A stretch of DNA of 59,745 nt. Source: a virus (lineage: Duplodnaviria; Caudoviricetes). The position numbers and the translations under genes were made by a program. The stretch lies in IMG/VR virus record IMGVR_UViG_3300017991_000121, positions 1 to 59,745 of that record; one strand, given 5' to 3'. Positions 36,417-46,260 of this stretch are shown here, one piece after another (the stretch's first letter is position 1; the number at the start of each line of letters is the position of its first letter). The notes beneath the pieces were generated by a model. The model saw only the letters and a list, made by a program, of their open reading frames with translations. It ran no database searches and had not been told where the DNA came from.

Positions 36417-37523
36417 ATGGCGGACGCACCCACCCAGCGCGACCTGTTCCTGGTAGGGCGCAACAACGCGCTCCTGAGCCCCACGCGCTTCGACCGCGCC
36501 ATCATCGACACGGACGGGTCCGACGTAAACACCGTCCTCAACAGCAGCGCCGCCATGGGGGAGGAGGTGGTGCGGTACCTCCAGGTGAGCCTCAACGAGC
36601 TTGCCCTGGCCACGTCGCGCGGGGAGGCCCTGGACCGGTGGGTGTACGACCGGTACCAACTCACCCGCAAGGAGGCCACCAACGCGGTGGTCACGCTCTC
36701 CCTCCAGCGGTCGGACGGCACCATTGGGTTCACCATCCCGGAGGGGAGCCGGTTTGGCACCGAGGATGGGGTGGTGTTCGCCATCGTCAACGACGTGGCT
36801 TTCGGCGCGGGTGTCCTGGGTCCGCTCACCGTCTTGGCCACCGCCGAGCGCACGGGGCCGGAGGGCAACGTGAGCGAAGGGACGATCACCCAGGTGCTCA
36901 CCGCCCAGGCGGACAGTTCCCTGGCGGTGACCAACCTCCAGGTGGCCGCGGGGGGCAACGAGCGGGAAACGGACGACGAGCTACGCGCCCGCGCCCGCGA
37001 TTTTTTCGTGACCGCCCGCCGGGGCACCCGGGAGGCGATCGAGTTCGGCGCCACGGAGGTGGGGCGGGTGGACCAGGCCAGTGCGGAGGAGGTGTTCCAG
37101 GAGAGCACGGGCCTCCCGGGATACCGGGTCCTCCTCAACATCAGCGACCCGGACGGCCAGAGCAACGCCGCCCTGGGGGACGAGGTGGCCCGGAGCCTGG
37201 ACGAGTACCGCGCCCTGGGAGTGCCCGTGAGCGTGGTGCCGGCGGTCCCCCAGTTCGTCAACATCGCCGCGAGCGGCCTCCAGTTCACCAGCGGCGCCAA
37301 CACCACCCAGGTGCTCCAGAACGCCGCCAACGCGGTGCTCGCCCTGGTCAACGGCCTGGCCCCAGGCGCCACCCTCCGGTACGCAGACATCCTGCGCGTC
37401 CTGTCCAACACCGAGCAGTTGATCGTGCCCAACGGGGCCGTGTCCACCCCCGCGGGGGACTTGGTGCCCCTCACCGGCACGGTCATCCGTACCACCCGCG
37501 ATCGGATCAGCCTCACGGGGTAG
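36417..37523 (+). CDS. baseplate J-like wedge protein
   Basis: GEALDRW...TIPEGSRF...GPEGNV...VTN...GGNERETDDELRAR...GTREAIE. Confidence 0.9.
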   Translation: MADAPTQRDLFLVGRNNALLSPTRFDRAIIDTDGSDVNTVLNSSAAMGEEVVRYLQVSLNELALATSRGEALDRWVYDRYQLTRKEATNAVVTLSLQRSDGTIGFTIPEGSRFGTEDGVVFAIVNDVAFGAGVLGPLTVLATAERTGPEGNVSEGTITQVLTAQADSSLAVTNLQVAAGGNERETDDELRARARDFFVTARRGTREAIEFGATEVGRVDQASAEEVFQESTGLPGYRVLLNISDPDGQSNAALGDEVARSLDEYRALGVPVSVVPAVPQFVNIAASGLQFTSGANTTQVLQNAANAVLALVNGLAPGATLRYADILRVLSNTEQLIVPNGAVSTPAGDLVPLTGTVIRTTRDRISLTG

Positions 37524-37526
37524 GCC

Positions 37527-37847
37527 ATGGAGTTTCCCGCAGGACGATTCTGGTGCCCCCGGTGCGCCGCCATGACGGACTTCACAGTGGCCGAGGGCGC
37601 GAGCCCAGACGACCCCGAGTGCGCCCTGGAGTGCTGGGAGTGCGGCAAGGTCATGGACAAGGTGGTGGAGGAGATCGACCCCAAGACCCGCCTCCCCTAC
37701 GCCACCCCCCGAGTGCGCCCCGCGATCAGCCGCGCCGAGCGTGAGCGGGCACGCGCCGAGATGCGTGCGGAGTTCCGCGCGCATGTGGAGCGCGGGGGCG
37801 CCCGGCGGGAGAACTTCACCAAGGGGAGGCGCCTGACCGATGGCTAA
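37527..37847 (+). CDS. zinc-ribbon protein
   Basis: CPRC...CWECGKVM. Confidence 0.55.
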   Translation: MEFPAGRFWCPRCAAMTDFTVAEGASPDDPECALECWECGKVMDKVVEEIDPKTRLPYATPRVRPAISRAERERARAEMRAEFRAHVERGGARRENFTKGRRLTDG

Positions 37848-39783
37848 GACCCTCCCCGCGCCCGCAGGACCCCCCACCCCCGAGCAGTTGATCGAGGTGT
37901 GGCGCCGGGTGGTCCCCCGGGAGTACAGCGAGCCGTTCCTCAACGGGGGGAACGCCCCTGGCGACGCCCACCCGTCCTTCGCCTTGATCCGGTCCATGGC
38001 CTACCAGTGGGCCCAGGTGGCCGCCAAGGCCAACCGGTCCATCCAGGCCCGGTACCACCTCCCGAGCGCCATCCAGACGGACCTCCCCGCCTCCAGCGCC
38101 CGCGCGGCGGGGATCGCCCAAGGGGACGTTGTCCTCCGGCGCGTGGGGGACCGCAGTGATGCGCTGGTGATCGACCCCGGGCGGATGCGCCTGGCCGCGG
38201 ATGGGGGCCGGTTCTACGTCAACCGGGACCGTGTGGTGTGGAACCCCGGGGACACCAACGACCGTACCGTGCGGTTCGTGTGCGAGGTGGTGGGGTTCAT
38301 CGGCAACCTGGACCATCTGGCCAACCCCGAGGGGGGCCTGGACGTGGATCTGATCTCCATCGTGGACCAGGCCGGCGGTCGGGCCGCGGGGGAGGGGTCG
38401 ATCCTGCTCCTGTCCCAGAGCGTCCTCCAGGACAGCGGGATTCCCGACCTATTCAACCCCGCCGACGTGGGCCTCCACGTGCGGATCGATACCGCCGCCA
38501 CCCCCAGCAACGTGGGGCGGTTCATGCGGATCGTGGGGTTCGACTGGCCGGAACTGGAGATCCCCCTGGGGAGCGGCCGCTTCCCCCGCCGGGTGTTCCT
38601 GGAGGACGAGCGCCGGGTCAACACGGTGGAGGCCCTACAGGACGACGGCGGCGTGTTCACGGACTACGACATCCAGGCGCGCAACGAGAACGGGATCGGT
38701 GACGTTCCCCTGCTCCCCGCCGTGCCTGCGGTGGGGGACGCGTTCTACTTCGGGTTCACCGAGTTCACCACGGGGGTGGAGATCCGCCTAGACACGCCGG
38801 GGGTGGGCGACTGGACGATCGTGTGGGAATACTGGGACGGCCTGGCGTGGCAGCCCCTCCCAGACATTGACGACCCCACGGAGGGGTTCAAGCCCACGGC
38901 AGGAGCCGGCACGTACGACGTGCGGTGGACCATCCCCCTGGGGTGGCAGTCCCTCCTGTCCCCTGCGGGGTCCGGCCTCAACCTGTTCTACGCCCGTGCG
39001 CGGGTGGACGCGTTCGTGGCAGTCACGGACCCCCCGGCAGCCGGGCGGGTGGTGATGTACAACCCCCAGCCCCTCACCGCCGAGGCGGCGGACCCAGTGA
39101 CCGGCACGGTCAAGTGGACCTTGCTCGACTACACCGCGGCCGGGGTGGGCCTGGAGATCGTGGAGGCCGAGCCGTTCACCGGCGGCCGGGACGACGACCT
39201 GTTCATCCTGGGGGACCAGCGAGGGCTGTACCAGCAGAACGGAGAGAGCGACGACGTGTTCCGGGACCGGGTGAGCCGCCTGGCCGACGTGGTGAGTCCC
39301 AACGCGATCCTCCGCGCCGTCAACCGGGTCCTTCGGCCGCTCGGCTTCCGAGGTGACGTGTGCGATGTGACGATCGGGGACACCGTGGGGGCGGGGTTCA
39401 CCGGCCTGTTCTTCGACCTGGACCCCGCGCTCGCGCCCGAGATCGTGGCCGCGTTCGATATGTACGCGGCGGGGGACTTGTTCCCCAAGGACCCATGGCT
39501 CGTCCTCCAGTCCGCGCAGGAGGCATACGGCTGGTTCTTGGTCAAGGCGCCGTACCTTGGCGAGGGGGACTTCGGGATCTTCCTGGACGAGGGGCCGCTG
39601 TTCTTCGATGAGACGGTCCAGGTGTACTACGGCCCCAGCGCGTTCGGGTTCATGGATGGGTTCCCGATCGACGGCTATGCCACGTACGCGGCGATTTACT
39701 CCGCCGTGGACGCCATCCGAGCCGGTGGCGTAGGATTCACCCTCCTCCGCCGCGAAGACCTTACCGTCCCAGGAGCCTGCTAG
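37840..39783 (+). CDS. baseplate wedge protein (gpI/J-like) with inserted domains
   Basis: LGDQRGLYQQNGESDDVFRDRV and AVDAIRAGGV motifs; follows baseplate J. Confidence 0.65.
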   Translation: MAKTLPAPAGPPTPEQLIEVWRRVVPREYSEPFLNGGNAPGDAHPSFALIRSMAYQWAQVAAKANRSIQARYHLPSAIQTDLPASSARAAGIAQGDVVLRRVGDRSDALVIDPGRMRLAADGGRFYVNRDRVVWNPGDTNDRTVRFVCEVVGFIGNLDHLANPEGGLDVDLISIVDQAGGRAAGEGSILLLSQSVLQDSGIPDLFNPADVGLHVRIDTAATPSNVGRFMRIVGFDWPELEIPLGSGRFPRRVFLEDERRVNTVEALQDDGGVFTDYDIQARNENGIGDVPLLPAVPAVGDAFYFGFTEFTTGVEIRLDTPGVGDWTIVWEYWDGLAWQPLPDIDDPTEGFKPTAGAGTYDVRWTIPLGWQSLLSPAGSGLNLFYARARVDAFVAVTDPPAAGRVVMYNPQPLTAEAADPVTGTVKWTLLDYTAAGVGLEIVEAEPFTGGRDDDLFILGDQRGLYQQNGESDDVFRDRVSRLADVVSPNAILRAVNRVLRPLGFRGDVCDVTIGDTVGAGFTGLFFDLDPALAPEIVAAFDMYAAGDLFPKDPWLVLQSAQEAYGWFLVKAPYLGEGDFGIFLDEGPLFFDETVQVYYGPSAFGFMDGFPIDGYATYAAIYSAVDAIRAGGVGFTLLRREDLTVPGAC

Positions 39784-39785
39784 TC

Positions 39786-41372
39786 ATGCCCAGCAACAAC
39801 CGCCGCCTGATCTTCAACACCCGTGAGCGCCTGCTGTCCACGGACCTCAACGACATGACCACCCTCCTCCACGCCAAGGGGACGGACGAGGTGGCGGCGG
39901 TTCTGAGCGGGGATCTGTACAAGAGCGGGGTGCCGGTGGCGGGCGTGGTGAGCGGCCTGCGGGTGTCGGCGGCCAACCCGGGGGTGGACCACACCGTGGC
40001 GATCACCCCGGGGGTGGCGTTCAAGAATGACACCCCGCCCACGAGCCTGGACAGCCCCTACCTCAAGGTGGAAACCCTGGCCACGTCCACCCTGGACTTG
40101 GCGGCGTTCGTGGACCCGGGCAATCCCCGGTGGGTGTGCATCGAGGTGGCCCCTGGTGACACGGCGGAGTTGGTGTCGGCGCGGGACATCTTCCAGCCGC
40201 CCCTGGGCACGTTCATCCCGGCCAACGTGGACAAGATCCGCCGCCCCGAGCCGGTGTTCTCGGTCAACGCGGGGGTCCCTGGGCCCACCCCCGCGTTCCC
40301 CCCGGGCAACCCTGGCCAGATCCCCCTGGCCTACGTGTACCTTCCGGCCGCGGCGGCGAGCGTGATCGCCACCGACGTGGTCCTGTGCCGCCCCCTATTC
40401 AACAGCACCACCCTCACGGCGGAGTTCACCAAGGACAAGGGTGGGATCAACGTCCTGGCGGCGGGCGGCGGCACGGTCCAGTTTCGGGAGTACACGATCA
40501 AGTTCCGCACCCAGGGCACGATCAGCCAGGTTCCCGCAGGGACGATCGCGGTGGCGAACTTCCCGGGCAACCCGGGATGGCGCCTGGGCGAGTCGTACCC
40601 CGTCACCGACGAGGTGATTTACGCGTACCTGATCGCGCCGCCGTATCCCGCGGGGTACGACGCCGACGTGGCGTTCAACCGGGAGTTCCTGGACGTGAGC
40701 GGCCGGATCCCGAGCAACACCCTGTCCGCGATCAACGGGGTGGTCATGTGGAGCAACGTGGCCCCGGTGGGGAGCACGTCCACGGGGCCTCACCCCGCGG
40801 GGTCGGTGAGCCTCAACGACCCCACGTGGGGCGGAGGTTCAACCCCTTTCACCAGCTACCTGGGGTCGGTCACCCACATCCAGTCCTTGGCGCCCGCCGG
40901 GCTCACCCAGCAGCTCACCCGCGCGGACCAAGTGCGGATCCTGGAGACCGCCAAGCTCCCCGAGGACCAGGACACCCAGACCGCGTCGTCGGTGGTGGGC
41001 CAGGTCGGGTCCTTGCGCAACCTGTCTCCCCTCCTCAACGGCACCGTGCATGGCGTGTTCGCCATCGTTCTCCCGGAGGCGTTCGAGTACAAGGTGCGGG
41101 TCCTGGACAACAACCTCCTCCAGGGGCAGAGCTACACGTTCAACATGACCGCTGCGGAGGAGCCCAACCAGAACCTGGCGGGTGTGTTCGTTGAACCGGT
41201 GGCCTTCGGCTACAGCAACAACGCCCTGGACAGCTACGCGCACCGGTACGAGTTCGACATCATGGCGGGCACCGCGGGGGCGATCACCTTCGACCACGCC
41301 TGCGGCATCGCCACCAACGCGGTCAACTTGGCCGTGGTGGGGTACCGGGACCGGATCCTTCAGCAACGATAG
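39786..41372 (+). CDS. tail fibre/baseplate-attached protein
   Basis: ERLLSTDLND...GVVSGLRV...VAITPGVA...IPLAYVYLP N-terminal anchor pattern. Confidence 0.65.
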   Translation: MPSNNRRLIFNTRERLLSTDLNDMTTLLHAKGTDEVAAVLSGDLYKSGVPVAGVVSGLRVSAANPGVDHTVAITPGVAFKNDTPPTSLDSPYLKVETLATSTLDLAAFVDPGNPRWVCIEVAPGDTAELVSARDIFQPPLGTFIPANVDKIRRPEPVFSVNAGVPGPTPAFPPGNPGQIPLAYVYLPAAAASVIATDVVLCRPLFNSTTLTAEFTKDKGGINVLAAGGGTVQFREYTIKFRTQGTISQVPAGTIAVANFPGNPGWRLGESYPVTDEVIYAYLIAPPYPAGYDADVAFNREFLDVSGRIPSNTLSAINGVVMWSNVAPVGSTSTGPHPAGSVSLNDPTWGGGSTPFTSYLGSVTHIQSLAPAGLTQQLTRADQVRILETAKLPEDQDTQTASSVVGQVGSLRNLSPLLNGTVHGVFAIVLPEAFEYKVRVLDNNLLQGQSYTFNMTAAEEPNQNLAGVFVEPVAFGYSNNALDSYAHRYEFDIMAGTAGAITFDHACGIATNAVNLAVVGYRDRILQQR

Positions 41373-41380
41373 GAGGCGCC

Positions 41381-41641
41381 ATGCCACTCAAGAAAGGCTA
41401 CACCCCCAAGACGATCGGCAAGAACATCAAGACGGAGATGGCGGCGGGCAAGTCCAAGAAGCAGGCCACCGCCATCGCCCTGTCTACGGCCCGCAAAGCC
41501 GCGGCCGCGGCGGGCAAGAAGGGACCACCTCCGCCACCCGGCAAGGGGGCCGCTGGCAAGTCCAAGGCCGGCGGCAGCGGCAAGAAGTCCAAGGGGAAGT
41601 CCAAGGGAAAGAACACCACCACGGGGAGCAAGAAGAAGTGA
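41381..41641 (+). CDS. small Lys-rich phage protein
   Basis: MPLKKG...IGKNIKTEMAAGKSKKQATAIALSTAR, a pattern I recognise from phage proteins; AGGAGG RBS. Confidence 0.7.
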   Translation: MPLKKGYTPKTIGKNIKTEMAAGKSKKQATAIALSTARKAAAAAGKKGPPPPPGKGAAGKSKAGGSGKKSKGKSKGKNTTTGSKKK

Positions 41642-41826
41642 GCCACGACCCAGCAGCAGAGAAGCGCGCCAAGATCAACCTCCCCCAGACGGGGCGGGGT
41701 AGCTCGGCGCAGAACGCCACCAAGGCACCCCCGCTCCAGCCGGCTCGCCAAGACGCCGCCACCCGGGGGCTGTCCTCCGGCAACGGCGGGGTCCAGGGGG
41801 CCGGAAAGGGGATGCGGAGCAAGTGA
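41638..41826 (+). CDS. small low-complexity protein
   Basis: GTGA overlaps at both ends; 62 aa. Confidence 0.45.
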   Translation: MSHDPAAEKRAKINLPQTGRGSSAQNATKAPPLQPARQDAATRGLSSGNGGVQGAGKGMRSK

Positions 41827-42797
41827 CCATTCTGCGCACCACGGAGTGGGAGGGGGAGCACACCCGCCTGGTGCGCCTGGATGGCCTTCCCACGGGCCCC
41901 GGTCGGTACCGCGAGATCCGCGGCCGGGAGATTGAGACGGTGTTCGTTCACCAGTCGGCGGGCAATATGCTCCGCGGCCAAAAGGCAGCCGAGCGGATCA
42001 GCTGGTTCCACACGGCGCCGCCGAAGTACAAGCTCAACCCGGACGGGTCGATCCGCACCCGCATGGTGCGGGGCAAGCCCCGCAAGTGGTGGATCGGCGG
42101 CGGGCGAGGGTGGCCGGGCGCCGGGTACACGTTCGTGATCCCCGCCTTCCCCGACACCGTGGAGGGCAAGCTGGAGGTGTACCGCCTCCATCCCGACGAG
42201 ACGGTCAGCTACCACACCGGCGGCCGCAACAACCGCCGCGGGGTGGCCGTGTGTGTGGCGGGCCTGTACCGCACCCGGCACGGCAAGAGCCGCGGCCAGG
42301 AGGCCCCGGACCCCACGGCGCAGATGGCCCTCCAGGAGTTGGTGTTCGACTACCTCCTCCCCCGGTATGGGCTCACCCCCGGGCCTGGGGATCCTGACGC
42401 CCTGTGCGGCCACTTCGACGCAGGGAAGGCCGCGTGCCCTGGGGACTGGATGGAGCAGTGGGTGCGGTTCATGCGGGGGGAGGACGTGCCAGACCCCCGC
42501 ACGGACGGCGTGCTGGTGGACCCACGAGACCGGGACGACGAGATCGACCGCCGTCCCCTGGACACGCACGCTCAACGGCAGGCAGCCCTGGTGGAGCTAG
42601 GGTTCGACCTGGGGCCGTGGGGGCCCAACGGGGACGGGGTGGACGGGTCCTGGGGGGAGGACTCCAAGGGGGCCCTGCTCGCGTTCCAGGACACCGCCGA
42701 GATCAAGGTAGACGGCCGGTGGGGCGGCCAGACTGAGGCCGCGGTGCGGATCGCCTTGGCACAAAACGCCGCGGGGAAGTGGCCCCCGGGGAGCTAG
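41823..42797 (+). CDS. endolysin: N-acetylmuramoyl-L-alanine amidase plus peptidoglycan-binding domain
   Basis: VFVHQSA, GYTFVI, SYHTGGRN, GHFDAGKAACPG; C-terminal QAALVELGFDLG...DGSWG...FQ...VDGRWGGQT. Confidence 0.85.
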   Translation: MTILRTTEWEGEHTRLVRLDGLPTGPGRYREIRGREIETVFVHQSAGNMLRGQKAAERISWFHTAPPKYKLNPDGSIRTRMVRGKPRKWWIGGGRGWPGAGYTFVIPAFPDTVEGKLEVYRLHPDETVSYHTGGRNNRRGVAVCVAGLYRTRHGKSRGQEAPDPTAQMALQELVFDYLLPRYGLTPGPGDPDALCGHFDAGKAACPGDWMEQWVRFMRGEDVPDPRTDGVLVDPRDRDDEIDRRPLDTHAQRQAALVELGFDLGPWGPNGDGVDGSWGEDSKGALLAFQDTAEIKVDGRWGGQTEAAVRIALAQNAAGKWPPGS

Positions 42798-42806
42798 GAT
42801 CACGAC

Positions 42807-43442
42807 ATGACCACCGACGACCTCCGCCACGAGATCACCCGGGATGTCAACACCACCCTGGAGGCCAAGCTGTCCGAACTCCGCGCTTACCAGGAGCAGA
42901 TGGAGGCGGAGAAGGACAAGAAGCGGAAGGAGGAGGAGGCTGCCCGCAAGAAGGTCCAGGACGACGCGGTGAGCCAACTCCTCCAGCTCCAGGTGAAGGA
43001 GGCGGAGGAGCGAGCCAAGCGCCAGGGGTTGTGGAACAAGATCCTGGCCGCGCTCGCGGTGATCCTCACGGGGGTGGCGGGCACGGTGGGAGTAGTGGCC
43101 ACCCGGGCGCCGACCCCGAAGCAAAAGGAGCAGGAAGCCGCGCCTGTGATCGAACGGGTGGAGCAGGAGGGGGCCCAGATCGAGAAGCGGATCAAGGCCA
43201 ACGAGGACAAGGTGGAGCGGCTCAAGGACTTGGCGCTGGAACAGCAGGTGCAGATCTCGGACTCGTCCGAGTACATCGTCAAGAAGATCGACGCGGCCCA
43301 CCCCAGGACTGCCGACGACGTGGAGCGCCCCAAGACCATGGACGCCGCCAAGACCAAGGCCGACGCGATCAAGAAGAAGCGAGCCTCCGAACAGCGGGAG
43401 GCGATCGAGGCGGAGGTTGACCCCTTCGCCGGCCTGGAGTAG
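42807..43442 (+). CDS. single-TM coiled-coil membrane protein (lysis accessory candidate)
   Basis: ILAALAVILTGVAGTVGVVA between coiled coils; adjacent to the endolysin. Confidence 0.6.
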   Translation: MTTDDLRHEITRDVNTTLEAKLSELRAYQEQMEAEKDKKRKEEEAARKKVQDDAVSQLLQLQVKEAEERAKRQGLWNKILAALAVILTGVAGTVGVVATRAPTPKQKEQEAAPVIERVEQEGAQIEKRIKANEDKVERLKDLALEQQVQISDSSEYIVKKIDAAHPRTADDVERPKTMDAAKTKADAIKKKRASEQREAIEAEVDPFAGLE

Positions 43443-43455
43443 CGCACCAGCCGCG

Positions 43456-43470
43456 TGGTACCCTGGCCAG
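43456..43470 (+). promoter_or_regulatory. putative extended -10 element of a leaderless transcript
   Basis: TGGTACCCT 6 nt before GTG 43471. Confidence 0.4.
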
Positions 43471-44043
43471 GTGCCAGGATCGCAACTCATTCAGTACGGG
43501 GAGAAGGAGGGTCAGGGGGCCATCCTGATCGACGTGGACGACGTGGACCTCCAGGACGAGGCGTCCCTGGTGGCCGCGGTGGCCGCCAACCGCCTCCCCG
43601 GGGCCAGCGTGGTGATGCTCACGGGGACCGTTCCGTGGGGGTCCAAGGAACTGGACAGGTGCCTCCTCATGCTCGGCGCCGACGCCCGCACGTCCAACGT
43701 GGAGGTGTGGGTCCGCCGGCCAGTGAGCGAGCACCGGTGGAGCGCCCAGCCGCTGTGGTGGGTCCACGACGTGAGCGAGATCCTGTGCGCTCCCCGCGCC
43801 ACCCAAGCGGTGATCCACGCCCTCAACGCCATCCCGTTCGTCCCGCCGCCCGCCGAGGTGGTGGCGATCGACCCCCACCCCGACACGATCTCGGCGGTGA
43901 GCCTGGACGAGGTGGCCACCCGCCTGGATGCGGGGTGCGGTTGGCTGTACGTGGAACGAGGCTCCAAGGCCGCGGCTGTGGCGGAACGCGAGGTGTTCCG
44001 CGCCGCGACCCTGTGGGGGGTGCGGTACCGTGGGGCGGCGTAA
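43471..44043 (+). CDS. hypothetical alpha/beta protein
   Basis: GTG 43471 in frame with the tracked ORF; weak QueE-like pattern without Cys motif. Confidence 0.55.
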   Translation: MPGSQLIQYGEKEGQGAILIDVDDVDLQDEASLVAAVAANRLPGASVVMLTGTVPWGSKELDRCLLMLGADARTSNVEVWVRRPVSEHRWSAQPLWWVHDVSEILCAPRATQAVIHALNAIPFVPPPAEVVAIDPHPDTISAVSLDEVATRLDAGCGWLYVERGSKAAAVAEREVFRAATLWGVRYRGAA

Positions 44044-44902
44044 CCTGAGCGCCGTTCCCAACATCGCGGGGCGGCCAGAGGACACGATCACCCCCCAGCA
44101 GTACAAGGTGGGGTGGGACTTGGTGAGCACCGGTCACACGGTGCAGCAGGTGCTGAGCGCCACCGGCCTGTCCCGGCCGCAGTTGGCGTGGCTCATGAAG
44201 GTGGGGGACGAGAGCCGGGGGATGGCCTCGTACCAGGGGCGGATCGCGGAACTGTCCGCCAAGATCCGCTCTCGCGCCCAAGATGCTGCCGACGCGGTGG
44301 GGAGCGGGTCGGTGGACCACCTCAAGCGGGCCGTGGAGATCGGCGGGGTGGCCCAGACGATCGCCCGCAACCTCATGGCAGCCCACCTCAAGCATCGGGT
44401 GGGCCCGGCCAGCGAACGGATCCGCGCCGGGAAGGGGACCGACAAGGACTTGGCCCAGATGGCCATGCCCCACTCCATGCGGGAAACCCTCAAGGCCCTG
44501 CGCCCGTTCACCGATTTCAGCGAGACCGCGCGCGCGTTCCGCATCGTGTTCGACTCGCCGCACCAAGGACAGGACCCCCTGTCCCAACTGCCCAAGGAAG
44601 CCCGCCTGGACCTGTCCGGGGAAGCCCTCCTGCCCGCCGCCACCGCGCTGGTGGAGGAGTTGGTGGGGGAGGACGTGGGCCACGACATCCTGGACGACCT
44701 ACTCCCCGAGTTCCGCGGGTGGACCGAGGAGGACATCGAGCACTTTGCGGAGACGGGGGAGCGCCCCGCCCGTGACTTCGGGGACGACGACCCGCTACCC
44801 TTGCCAACGGCGCCGGACGACGTGATCGACGTGGAACCGGCCAAGGAGACCGACCATGAAGCACGTGACCCAGTTCCTCCTCAAGACCCTGACCAGCCGT
44901 AA
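44030..44902 (+). CDS. HTH protein, terminase small subunit candidate
   Basis: GHTVQQVLSATGLSRPQLAWLM HTH, helical middle, acidic tail with DVIDVEP; GTG 44030 chosen, start uncertain. Confidence 0.5.
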   Translation: MGRRNLSAVPNIAGRPEDTITPQQYKVGWDLVSTGHTVQQVLSATGLSRPQLAWLMKVGDESRGMASYQGRIAELSAKIRSRAQDAADAVGSGSVDHLKRAVEIGGVAQTIARNLMAAHLKHRVGPASERIRAGKGTDKDLAQMAMPHSMRETLKALRPFTDFSETARAFRIVFDSPHQGQDPLSQLPKEARLDLSGEALLPAATALVEELVGEDVGHDILDDLLPEFRGWTEEDIEHFAETGERPARDFGDDDPLPLPTAPDDVIDVEPAKETDHEARDPVPPQDPDQP

Positions 44903-45236
44903 GTTCTGGGCGGCGGTGGCAGCCAGCCTCCCGTTCGCCCTCAACGAGGACTGGACCAACTTCGCCCTGGTGTGGATGAGCTACGCCGGCATCCAGGGCG
45001 CCGTGGATGCCTCCGAGCGCGTGGGGACGCAGAAGGCCATCACCGCCGCCGATGCGGCCAAGGCCGTGGGTGCAGGCCTGGAGGATGGGGTCCCCCAGTC
45101 CAAGGAGGAGATCCTTGCTGCGATCCAGGCCGTCGCGGCCGACCTGGCCAAGGACGAGCCGGGGACACCCTCCCCGGAGATCGACAGCGACCTCACCCCT
45201 GTGGATGGAGCGGTAGAGGAACCCGGGGATGCCTAG
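44856..45236 (+). CDS. putative holin
   Basis: LTSRKFWAAVAA...YAGIQGAVDA pattern, two short hydrophobic segments; directly upstream of an amidase. Confidence 0.6.
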   Translation: MKHVTQFLLKTLTSRKFWAAVAASLPFALNEDWTNFALVWMSYAGIQGAVDASERVGTQKAITAADAAKAVGAGLEDGVPQSKEEILAAIQAVAADLAKDEPGTPSPEIDSDLTPVDGAVEEPGDA

Positions 45237-46260
45237 CCCCAACGCCACCCCCAAGGATGTCGCCCTCCTGACCTCCGCCGGCGCGCCCGTGGACGCCGCG
45301 GGGGCGTACCTGGGCCAACTGGCCCCCCAACTGGACGACCAGGGCGCCGCGGACCACGTGGCCCGCCTGTCCCTGTATCTCCAGGAGGAGGCCATGCACC
45401 TGCGCTCCATGGCGCGGGCCAAGCTGGAGTACCTCCAGGAGCAGTGGGACAAGGAGGACGGGGAGAGCGCGCCCGTCGATCACGACTGGCTGTACGCGGT
45501 GTACGACCAGCGGGCCGTCACCGACCGCGGCGCCGACAACGTGAAGTGGTACAACCCGTTCACGGACGAGAACGACTCGTCCGGCAGCACCCGCAACACC
45601 TACAAGCGGGGGATCTGCTTCCACCACACCGCGGTGGCCGGGGGGTTCGGCACCCACGGATCCCGCCGGGACTACTGGGAGAAGCAGATCGACAGCGGCC
45701 TATGGACTCCCAAGGTCCCCCAGCCCAACGGCAAGATGGTCCAGACGGAGTGGATCGACCAACCCCGTGGCGCCGCATGGGAGGAGCTGTCCGCCGCCGA
45801 GCGGGATCAAGCGTGGGTTCGGGCCATGGCGTTGGCCGACCGGTATCGGGGGTACAAGCCCCAGCAGTACAACACCGGCGTGCCGTACCACGTGGTGAGT
45901 GGCGCCAACTCGGTCCTGTACCTCAACCTGCCGTTCCGGTGGGTCACCTGGCATGGCAACGGCGCCAACAACTGGTACTTGGGCTTCGCCTGGGACGCCA
46001 ACAGCAACGACGACAACCTGCACGAGGAGGATATGGAAGCCGACGTGCGCAGGGTGATCGAGATCGGCCGCGGTGAGGGGCACTTCGCTGACGGCCTGGA
46101 GTTCACCATGCACTGCGCCTTCACCAACAAGCCCACGGACGCGGGGCGCAAGTTCGCGGAGTTCCTGGTGGACCTGGCCGACAAGGTGGGCGCCACGATC
46201 CGCATGGACTACAAGGCCAAGGACAGCTACTCGTCCTTCAACGACGTGCTCGCGGCGTGA
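45229..46260 (+). CDS. second amidase-like cell-wall hydrolase
   Basis: GICFHHTA, GVPYHVV, VTWHGNGANNWYLGFA, MH...KPTDAG. Confidence 0.7.
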   Translation: MPSPNATPKDVALLTSAGAPVDAAGAYLGQLAPQLDDQGAADHVARLSLYLQEEAMHLRSMARAKLEYLQEQWDKEDGESAPVDHDWLYAVYDQRAVTDRGADNVKWYNPFTDENDSSGSTRNTYKRGICFHHTAVAGGFGTHGSRRDYWEKQIDSGLWTPKVPQPNGKMVQTEWIDQPRGAAWEELSAAERDQAWVRAMALADRYRGYKPQQYNTGVPYHVVSGANSVLYLNLPFRWVTWHGNGANNWYLGFAWDANSNDDNLHEEDMEADVRRVIEIGRGEGHFADGLEFTMHCAFTNKPTDAGRKFAEFLVDLADKVGATIRMDYKAKDSYSSFNDVLAA

